From Acanthaster planci (Eukaryota): a stretch of 64,000 bases of DNA. The position numbers and the translations under genes were made by a program. Every line of letters begins with the position of its first letter. Position 1 is the first letter of the stretch. The notes below the pieces were generated by a model. The model ran no database searches. It was not told the origin of the DNA and saw only the letters and a program-made list of their open reading frames with translations. The stretch is from contig NW_019091357.1 in the NCBI RefSeq assembly GCF_001949145.1, positions 2,515,920 to 2,579,919 on the forward strand. The letters are read 5' to 3'. Positions 54,247 to 64,000 of the stretch are shown here, piece after piece.

Positions 54247-55918
54247 AAGTTTGCTGAGCGTTTTTCAAATCAAATGTAAATTCCCACCATTACCGATTAC
54301 GCAGGTGCTTGTGTAAATGGCATGCATGCATGGGCACTGTCACTGGGTCACCTTTTCATTGGTCGTAAAATCGATAAGCTACATTTATTTCACTCTTTCA
54401 TTCTCCGGTCATTCCCTTTGTTTCTTACCACTGTAATGACACGACCAACTAAACCTAACTGCACGAGTGTACATTTTGGCTTAGTGGTGCATGCAAAAAT
54501 CGGTGAATGTGACTCGGCTCACAGTATGTGTTGTGTGTGACCTTTTTAGATAATGCTTCATAAAAATTGTCGGCGTGTACATGTGTTCATTCCTATCTGC
54601 TTGTGGAAATCTGTATAATTCAGAGATCACATTGGAATACTTTGAATTTAAGAAATTTGTGCAAATCGTAGTCTATTTATGGTGGCAATGATACATCTTC
54701 GGTGATAGGTATACGTGTATATTAGTTTAGAATGCATTTACCATGTTTACTGCTTGAGTGAAATGATCTTTTATGATTTCAAAGAAAACCATCACTCGTT
54801 CTTCCCTGTCGTCTGTTAGGACAGAGTTTGAATTGTTTCCGCCAAAGAAAAAGAAGAGCTTTTTATGGACCTGTACTGTTTTCAAAATTTTGTGTGAAAT
54901 TGTTTTTTCATGGGCATTTCAGTAATAGATTTATTCTGAGAAGGTAGTTGGAAAATTTTGTAGAGGATTTTAGAATAGTCATTGGTTAAATTTTGCTCAG
55001 GGAAATAATTGACCACTTGCTCGTTGGGGAAGATGGAAGGGCGGGGGGTGAAAATCCATCTCCCCCTCAGCCTAATACACCCACTTCCATCATGATAAGC
55101 ATTACACTCCATGTGTGTTTCTATTTTGTTTCTATTTTTATGCGAAATTTGTATCATTTACTCTTGAAATGCCACAGAGATGCTGGTACAAGAAATGCAC
55201 GTGGCTTCAGTATTTCCAGAATATTATGACACTGTGGTGAGCTTGCCTGTCAGAGCTGTTTTCGAAGGCTTAAAAAGCAGGTCGTGAATTTCGGCTTCAG
55301 TGCTAAATGAATGGAATTAATTGCACTCCCTTCGTTAAAAACTCGGGTTGACAGTTTGCAAAGTACGGTAGATTTGGAAGTGAGCCGAGTTCTGCTTGCC
55401 CTGAAGAAGGTACTCAGTTACCAAAAGCTCAGCAATCACATATTTCAGAGCACTGATTTGATATTATATTCTTGTCGTTATTCTGATCACGGAGCTACGC
55501 AGCTCGTCCATATTTCTCTGTGTGGAGTTTGTCTGCTGGAATCCTTTGCACACGTACACACTCATATATCTCTTGATTGTTCTGAATCATATCGACAGAA
55601 ACTGTGTTGCGGTACTGTCGTCAGTCACAAGGGCATCAAATTCATACATGTAGCGTCTAGTCTCAAGTCCCAAGCTATTCAAAAGAGCTGCAACGGAAAC
55701 ATTCCATCGTCATTGTTTTCTTGGTTCCTTTTTGTGACTGGGCTTGCTAGAAGAACTTGGAACTAGACTGACATGTTGAATGGGCAGTGGACCCAACCAC
55801 AGCCATCCAGTTCACAATTTTAGTCTTGCGTGGGTACTACAAACTAGATTTATTTTGAAATTATATTTTGCTACATCACTCTTGTTGACGTTGAATCATG
55901 TCCCAAAAGAGGCTTAGA

Positions 55919-56108
55919 AATAGACCAATTGCACCTGCTCAGTCACATGACCTATAGTGGGTATCAAACATCAACAAATATGGTGTCCGCCAATAGCAAA
56001 GTGTGTCATATTTACCAAAAATAAAGCCAGTGGTCGTTAAAAGTGCTCAGACTACTGATGTGCTGAGCACTACACCGAAATGGGCTTTATTTTTGCAATC
56101 GGTCTGTT
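55919..56108. mobile_element. MITE-like element with ~15-bp TIRs
   Basis: AATAGACCAATTGCA ... TGCAATCGGTCTGTT (two mismatches). Confidence 0.5.
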
Positions 56109-56999
56109 GAATACCGTGCTGTCTGTGCATGCATTTCCCATCTTAGAACTAACAACTCACTTGGACAAATTGTACATTATATTGTAGTAATATATTGCTG
56201 ATCGATTTAAGTCCCTTTTTTATGATTTCAAATGTAGATGGAAATTAGGGTGAGCTTTATATATTTGGGAATGTGTTTTACAGATTGACAGGTTTTTTTT
56301 TTACCAATTATTGTGTGTACAGTTGGTTTTACAAAGGTGACACTATTTTGCATTAAGTTGATTGTATGCTTTAATTTTTCTGTTACGTCAAGGTGATTTT
56401 GTTTTATTACCATTGTTAACATGACATACTTCGGAGCAGGGACAACCAAAGGCATGAACTAATGTTAATATCAAAAGATTTGTGGGGAAAAAACTGAGAT
56501 GCGGTAATTTGTAAATGTTGGACTTTAATTTCATTTGAAACACTTTGTTTCATTGGCTGGCTATATTTAAACAAACTGGAATCCTCAGTGCTGATTGGTC
56601 AGTGCTACAGCAACAGAAGTTCGATGTATGTATTTTATTGCTGGTTGTACGCTGACTGCCGCATGCAGCCTTGACCTTTGACCATCAACCGGGGAAGCTC
56701 CCCAGTGGAAAATGCTTACAGAGTTTTAAGAGGTCCTTTTGAGCGTTATTTTCGCTCGTTGTAAACCCCACACAAATGTGGGGTCCCCAAAAAGCAGTAC
56801 AAATTTTTATACATGCACATGTATGTGGCACTGCTCAGAAAACACTTGTGCTCTATACTTTTTTCCTTGTGATATCAGGCACGTCAGGAGGATCAGATTT
56901 GTTTGCAGATACATGTGCTCTTCCTGTTCACTCTTTGAGGAAAGGAGGAAGTGTGTATCGTGTATGTTTCTAGAATTACCCTGTTAGCATATGTGGAAC

Positions 57000-57229
57000 C
57001 AGTGGCGTAGCTGGGGGGGGGTGTTCCCCCACAGATTCCCGGTGCACCCCCTACTAAAAAAATGGATGAATGGATATTGAACAAGGCTAAACAATAAGAT
57101 GCTAACGATAAGATGCTGGTGCCCCCCGATAAGATGCTGGTGCCCCCCGATAAGATGCTGGTGCCCCCCAATAAGATCCTGGTGCCCCCTTTGTGCCCCT
57201 CGGCTGCTAAAATCCTAGCTACACCACTG
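57000..57229. mobile_element. Non-autonomous hAT-like element with 8-bp TSD and internal 21-bp tandem repeat
   Basis: TIRs CAGTGGCGTAGCT / AGCTACACCACTG; TGTGGAAC duplicated at 56992-56999 and 57230-57237; (GATAAGATGCTGGTGCCCCCC)x4 inside. Confidence 0.88.
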
Positions 57230-59008
57230 TGTGGAACATGGCCAGTACTCTACCCATGATGCAAGATTACATGTACACGTAACTTTAAATATGACAGTTC
57301 ATCGCGTGATGCTGAGAGTGTTATTGTATGACTTTGCTGTAACAAAGTTTGGTTGGCTGCAGCCCGGGTTCACCGCCTCGCTAGCCGCAGAACTGCATTC
57401 TCATTGTCAGCGTTCGTCAGTTACCCCCAACACTAGTCACAGAAATTGGGCCACCCATGTTTTTGTGAAATCCCTGATAACATTACGGTTCGCATCATCC
57501 GCTGCTTGGCGAAAGGATGTATTGCGTTAAGCCATCTGTGGCATGTTGAGTTGTGTGAAAAAGCATCGCCCAGTGCACTTCTGCCAAGCACATGGTCACA
57601 TGCACTCAAGCAGGATATCTTTCCTACACGTACTTTGTGAAAGACTGAAAAATGAGGATGTTTTATTTTCTACCATACCAATTTTTTCTTGATTGAGAAA
57701 AGCAGGACCGAGGTGGCCTGTCGACCACCAAGTGTCACTTGTATGAACTGTATACTTCACAGCCTTGTATTGTCAAACTATTTTTTGAGAATTATTTATG
57801 GTACATGTAACTAATACCTAAAGAGCTGTAAAATATGTCAATATATTCAATGATAGAGTAATCTCTTTAACTAAGGATTCTTCTTACAATATGTGCAGTT
57901 ATACAAGAACACATTTGTATGCGGTGTTAGTCGAGAATTTCCTGGTTGCTCCTTGTTTGTTCGTGCTTTAAAACCTGTCCACGTGATCTAAATCATGAAC
58001 ATGTTACAGAAAGTTTTCCCCAAATATTGGCAAGAATCGAGGACATGATCCTCAGTTGGAAAGTGTGTACAAAATCAGTGAGCTTTTGAAACAGTATCAA
58101 GTATCAGCTAAAACGGTACAGCAGGAAATCATTGATTTCCGTACACGTATGCATGCACGGAATGACACTACTGTCAGATATGTTAACTGAGTAATCTAGG
58201 AAATTGAGGGGGGGCACTGAACTGTCACTGTTTAAATTTGGACTGGCCTCCCTGTGGGACAGGTTTGTGGTTTGTGGCATGCACTGCACAGTCACTCTGC
58301 CACAAAACGGGAAGGGATTGGCATGGGCGGGGGGAATGGGGAGGGGCCGGTCCAAATGGAATTACAGGTGTCAGCATTTGTACAATATGATAGCCACAAG
58401 GACCTAAGGTTAGAATTACATGTGTTTTGTCCCAAAGAAAATCGTAAAATTCCTTTGATGCAGTTCCCAGGTTGCACACCTCCAGATCAAACCATTGGAA
58501 AACCCTTGGGGGAAATTAGGACGTTAGATATCAAAGCTGACACCTTGCCTTCTTGTTAATTTTCACTGGGTACGTAACTGTGCTTGCTTAGTCTTGTGTC
58601 AGAAATCATGATTGTCTGATGTATACACATGGGAAGTAAGGTGAAGTAATCTCAATCTAATTTGCATAACCATTAATTAGCAGATGGATATTTTTTTTAA
58701 AGAAAAGTTTAAAACAGGAAGGTTTCGATAGTTTTGGCTTTATTGCCAGAGTAATCCGCATATTTACCTCAGGAATGTGAACAGAAATCACATTTGTAGG
58801 ATTCAGTATATCGGGTATGTAAGTTCATTTTTAGTGTGCTTAGCAGTGTTCACTGTCAGGAATTGTAGATAATTTGTTATGCTTCCGAATGATAATGAAA
58901 AACCAATAACTGAGGTGAAATAAAACTTGATTAGCCATTTTATGTCTGTTGTCAGTTTTGTTATTTTACTCTGATAGTTTACACATAAAATAGTCGTTGA
59001 ACAAATAC

Positions 59009-59020
59009 TGCGCCTGCGCA
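59009..59020. promoter_or_regulatory. NRF1-like motif upstream of IFT172
   Basis: TGCGCCTGCGCA about 140 bp before the ATG at 59162; motif match only. Confidence 0.45.
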
Positions 59021-59161
59021 GTTTGTTTGGCTCATAAAACAGTCGTAGTATAAGAAACATTCCTCCATCTCAAAACGGGACGGGGAAGTCTCTTCGTTTG
59101 TGATCGTCGACTTCTTTGGTAAAAATCAAGCCGCAAGAGGTGCAATCGTACATCAAGAAAT

Positions 59162-62100
59162 ATGCAGTTGAAACATATGAAGACTCTGCTGGCTCCACAG
59201 GTAATTGCCGTGCCAGAAATGTCTAACAGCGGTGGGTCTGACCATCTTGAATTTTGGTAGTCAATGACGCCGGCTACTTGTCAACACATCGTCACTCAGT
59301 CATACTCATGGGCATACTCATTATGACAATACGTTTCAAATAGCAGCCATGTCGGAGAAAGTGGTGTGGTTCACTTCAACTTCAGTCTTCTCATCAGAAT
59401 TCGAGAAAGGGGACAGTGTCATAATAGGGCTTAGGCCTGTCATGCCCGTGGACAACACTTGATGCCTCTGTGCATGAAACTTGTCTGAAAAAAAACTGTT
59501 TTCAAACTCAAAGTAGACCTGCCCTAAATAAAAAATGCTTCGTATTTTTCTTTGCTAAATTACACTTTTTACTTAACTTAGGACATGTTATCGCCTTCCG
59601 ACGGCTGTTGTAACATTTTAAGGGAAAATTAGTGTTGTCCATCTGTATGAGAAATGCATCCAGATTTTTTTGACATCTTTCATTTGTGATCTTTTAGTAT
59701 GGTTGGGTGTCAAAGTAATTAAAGGTCAAGGGAATCTCAGATATACGTTAACTTGACATTAACTCAGGCACAAGAAAAAAGCCCAGTATCCGTGTCTGTA
59801 TGGTGGCCATTTCCCTTATTTCCTCACTTAATTTGAAAACCAGACTCGACAGTAGCTGGCAAAATTAGGGATCTGAGGACAACCTTATCACAGATGTTAG
59901 GCCATTTAACTAAATTTAACTGACATGGCATACATGTATATTTCATGCGTAAATTACAATCACGATGTTTGCACTGCAATACATATACCTAGACCTACAC
60001 TCCACTAAAACGTTGCAACGAAATATGGGAAGGGAAGAGTCCAAGTACAGACACCGCTAATTTCTCCCCTCTGTGATCTCTTAGCCATCTTGAAGCAGTA
60101 CAATGTCCTAAGAAGTCAAATTTACGGTGACAATACTGAGGTATTCACTTAGAAAACGCTTATATTTTTCTCAGACGAGTCTTGTAGGGTTTGGGCACAG
60201 GGTGTCCAGCGGCATCCGTACATGGGATTCTTTCCTAAAGGGGCCTTTATATTCATTGTCCCTTCCTAACAATTTGATGATTTTCATTGGCTGCGTTTCC
60301 TTGTGTTCAATCCCAGGATGGTGCGGCAAAAATCACAGCTCTTGCCTGGGCGCCCAACAACACCAAGATGGCGGTGTGCACAGTGGACCGCGTTGTGCTC
60401 CTGTATGACGAACACGGCGAGAGGCGGGATAAATTTTCCACCAAACCCGTCGATGCCAAGGTACCTGTAGGCCTCATCCTTGTTTCAAGGAGTGGGAGAC
60501 CCCAATAGTGTCGGCTTTAAATCATACAGCCCCAAACAAGAGGGTGCTTGCTGGAAGTAGAAATTATTTTGTCAAATTCAGAAAGGTTACAAGAAAGAAA
60601 TAACTGGATGGAAATGTTCTTGTGGAATTTTGTTTCAGTTTGGCAAGAAGAGTTACACCGTGAAGGCGCTGGCATTCTCACCCGACTCCACCAAGATCGC
60701 TGTGGGTCAGACAGACAATATCATCTATGTCTACAAGATCGGCGACGATTGGTCAGTACTTGGGTTTGAGTGGACACCAGTCTACAAAGTTTTTGACTGA
60801 TTGGGCCTGTTTGTTTTTACATTAATCCAGATTGCAATCAGTGATCTGACGTTGGTTAGCTAACACCGGAACCTGCGTACGTAATGGATGGAGCAAGCCA
60901 TGATCCGGATCGAGATCCAGATCCGCGTTTATTGATGTTAACTTGTTTCTTCTCTCCTTAGGGATTCCAAGAAGGTGATTTGCAACAAGTTTATCCAACA
61001 GAGTGCTGTGACTTGCATGATATGGCCCCCTGACAGTAACATTGTCTTTGGTCTGGCAGACGGCAAGGTGCGCATCGCCAACACCAAGAATAACAAATCC
61101 TCCACTGTCTATGGCACAGATTCCTACGTTGTCTCGTTGGCACCCAAGTGAGTAATGAATCAGATTGTCCATGTAAACACTAGAAACGTACTGGTAGGTT
61201 TTGTTTTATGACTGGCAAAAGTTTGTGGTGACAATGAGGTGAAAACATGTTTTGCTGTCATAGTCTTACTTCAAGTCTGGCACAGAGGTGTCTGGTTTTG
61301 ACCAAACACGTCCATTTACCCAGTGCCATTGATTTCTTCCTTGTTTTTTAAAATTTTGAACAGCATGTCTGGTAAGGGCATCCTCTCAGGCCACGCGGAC
61401 GGCTCCGTTGTCCGTTTCTTCTTCGAAGACGAAGGCACAGGCGAGTCGCAGGGCAAGATCTGCACCCACCCCTGCCCGCCCTACGCCCTGTGCTGGGCGG
61501 GCAGCAGCATCGTGGCGGCCGGCTGTGACAAGCGCATCACAGTCTACGGGAAGGAGGGCCGGGTCGGCCAGCAGTTCGACTACAGCCGCGACGCGGACGA
61601 GCACGAGTTCACGGTGGCCGTGAACAGCCCCAGCGGTCAGTCCGTAGTGGTTGGCAGCTACGACAGGTGAGTTATTAAATGTTAACCCTCTTGGCCCGGT
61701 CAGACACTCAGAGGAAAGACTGTTCTATTCACTGGGGTAGGCCTTCACCTCACTGAGGTGACGGTTTCTTTTGTTAGGGAAGTGAAGACCAAGTTGCAGA
61801 ACAAACAATTTTTGCCATGACGTCTTTGGTCCCTGTGACATCTGTTTTTCAACATGTCTCGTCCCAGCAACTACAGAAAAAACACTTGTGGGTTGGCCTT
61901 CCTCAACGTTGAGGAGAAAAGTTGGTCTGTTTAGAAATTTGGAACCAAGTTGTGGGTGTAAAGTTTGTCCCGTAACCGTTTTGGTCCCCACAACATGTAT
62001 GTTTCAATGCATGTGCATGACCCACAACTACAGAACAAGTGTGTAACATTGTTTTCGTGTACTGAGAGTGTTCAAGCAGGTGACTCACTTGGCACGTGGA

Positions 62101-64000
62101 AAGTTGCTCAGTGAGCAGTGAGAATGACGGCATTTTGAATCTGATCACCAGGCTACGAGTGTTCAACTGGGCACCCCGCCGGGGCATGTGGGAAGAGGCC
62201 AAGATGAAGGAAATTAAGAACCTCTACACCATCACCGCACTGGCCTGGAAGAAGGACGGCTCTCGCCTCGTGGCCGTGAGTTCGTAGGATTTACTCCCAA
62301 AGATCAAAATCTGATTGTTTAAGCATGTATTTGTCTGAGTGTCGTTCAAAACCGCTCAGTCAAACTAGTGCAGCACTGTGTTGGAATGAATGTGTTAGAG
62401 CAGTGTAGCCGTGTTAGAGCTGTGAACTAGACAAATTGGAGTCCTCCGATGTGACACACTCCAAATTTCTCTTTGACTTTCGTCAAAACTTGCCGTCAAG
62501 CTTCTTTGTTGATGAGCTTCAAACTCAGTCAGGCATTGACAGTCTGACCTTACTGTGTAAATCATCGTCATCAGACCATGTTAGAAGANNNNNNNNNNNN
62601 NNNNNNNNNNNNNNNNNNNNNNNNNNNNNNNNNNNNNNNNNNNNNNNNNNNNNNNNNNNCAGCCCAGCAGTCAGGGGTCAAAATAATCCCGCCGTGAAGG
62701 GGTTAATAGGGGTTTTCATTCTGATGTAATATTCCAGGGCACCTTGTGCGGGGGCGTGGAGTTGTTTGACTGTTGTCTCCGTCGAGCCATCTACAAGAAC
62801 AAGTTTGAGATGACTTACGTGGGCCTGTCCCAGGTCATTGTCAAAAACCTGTCGTCAGGAACCCGCGTTGTGTTGAAGTCCCACTATGGGTATGAGGTGA
62901 GTATTGGCAAAACTCTGTGACTTGACTTGTGACGCAATGACTTGTGAGGACTTGTATGGACCTAAGGGACCTGTACTTGACTTGTGAGGACAAATGGTAG
63001 ACTTCTGAGGACTTTTATTTGACTTATGCTGACTTAAATTGGACTTGTACTGGATTTGTGATGACTTGTTGGACTTGTTTGGACTTTTATTGGAGTTGTG
63101 CAGACTTACATTGGACTTTTGGGGACTTATATTGAACTTGTTATGACATTTATTGGCCTTGTGAAGACTTATATTGGACTGGTGAGGACTTTGATGGATT
63201 TGATATAGCACTGGTTCAAGGCTTTCAATTGTCAGCTAAATAAATCGGTTGAATGCTTCTTACACAGGTGGATGAAGTTCGGATCCTTGGCAAAGATCGC
63301 TATCTCGTGGCTCACACCACGGACACATTACTGCTGGGTGACCTGTCCACCAACAAACTCAGTGAAGTTCCATGGCAGAACACCGGGGGAAATGAAAAGT
63401 TCTTCTTTGAGAATGAATCGGTACGGCCAGTTTGCCAGTGAAGTTTTTTTTTTAACTTGAAATAATATACCATGCGATTGCTGTGTAAGATTTTGCCAAA
63501 TTTGGGAAACTTGCTGGGTAAAAAATCAGCAGTAGTTAGGTTGAATAAGCACTTCTGTATACGTTTGCACTGGTTTGGATGACTCTGACTTTAAGAAACT
63601 TCAGCTTAAAATTCTTGATCCTTTTGTCTGTTCAAGGTGTGCATGATATTCAACGCTGGTGAGTTGAGTCTCGTTGAGTATGGGTGCAACGAGATCCTTG
63701 GATGTGTTCGCACCGAGTTCATGAATCCTCATCTTATCAGGTAAAGTGTGGCCTGCCCTTGAGTACTTTGTCAGATCTGAGACGCTTTAGTGATGTTAAC
63801 TTTTTGGATATCAAACAAGACATACATCTGTAGAAACCCTTTAAGAAAAGTCTTATTGAAGATGTCAAACACTGGCCAGGCCTGCTGTATCTTGTAGCGG
63901 TTGACAGACTTCAGTCTTGATTATCAAAATCCTTTGGTTTTGCTTCTTGCCAACAGCGTCCGACTGAACGAACGTAAACAGCTCGGCGTTGAAGACAACA
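59162..64000 (+). CDS. IFT172: Intraflagellar transport protein 172 (5' part, WD40 region; continues beyond the right edge)
   Basis: Exons 59162-59200, 60317-60460, 60639-60751, 60962-61147, 61364-61666, 62152-62275, 62738-62896, 63268-63420, 63637-63740, 63957->64000. [128 protein letters not shown]. Confidence 0.97.
60803..60930. mobile_element. Degenerate copy 3 of the GGGCCTGTTTG MITE
   Basis: GGGCCTGTTTGTTT..GCAATCAGTGAT..GAGATCCAGATCC matches 15099-15241 and 38849-38981; right TIR lost. Confidence 0.55.
62589..62659. other. Assembly gap
   Basis: Run of N. Confidence 0.99.
62917..63205. repeat. Degenerate GACTT-based tandem array in IFT172 intron 7
   Basis: Many (G)GACTT(G/A/T) units spaced about 10-11 bp apart, with an apparent ~21-bp higher-order period. 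Confidence 0.75.

Noticed and set aside
62855..63211. 118-aa Ser/Asn/Lys-rich minus-strand ORF
   Set aside because: Product of the GACTT tandem array in an IFT172 intron.

Overview
Animal (invertebrate) genomic DNA with spliced genes and two assembly gaps (44596-44698, 62589-62659). The repeat families resemble ones I associate with sea stars/echinoderms; that attribution is unverified. I reconstructed six genes exon by exon from splice sites and reading phase. Minus strand: a signal peptide-SRCR-WSC gene running off the left edge, a carboxypeptidase M-like M14B peptidase, a 22-exon alpha2delta/CACHD1-family VWA + double-Cache protein, and mitochondrial L-threonine 3-dehydrogenase (TDH). Plus strand: an XK-related scramblase and the 5' part of IFT172. 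Introns and intergenic DNA carry many MITEs, tRNA-derived SINEs, a truncated RTE-like insertion with a target-site duplication, and tandem repeats. Most notable: (1) the Cache protein keeps the dCache_1 amino-acid-binding motif in both Cache modules, with an intact MIDAS and a GPI-type C-terminus; (2) a 1-nt frameshift in the carboxypeptidase; (3) two GC-AG introns; (4) a minimal hammerhead-ribozyme-like motif; (5) a caspase-type DTVD site and PDZ-type tail in the XKR protein; (6) recurrent RFX X-box palindromes. No prokaryotic system, CRISPR array, rRNA or intact tRNA was seen.
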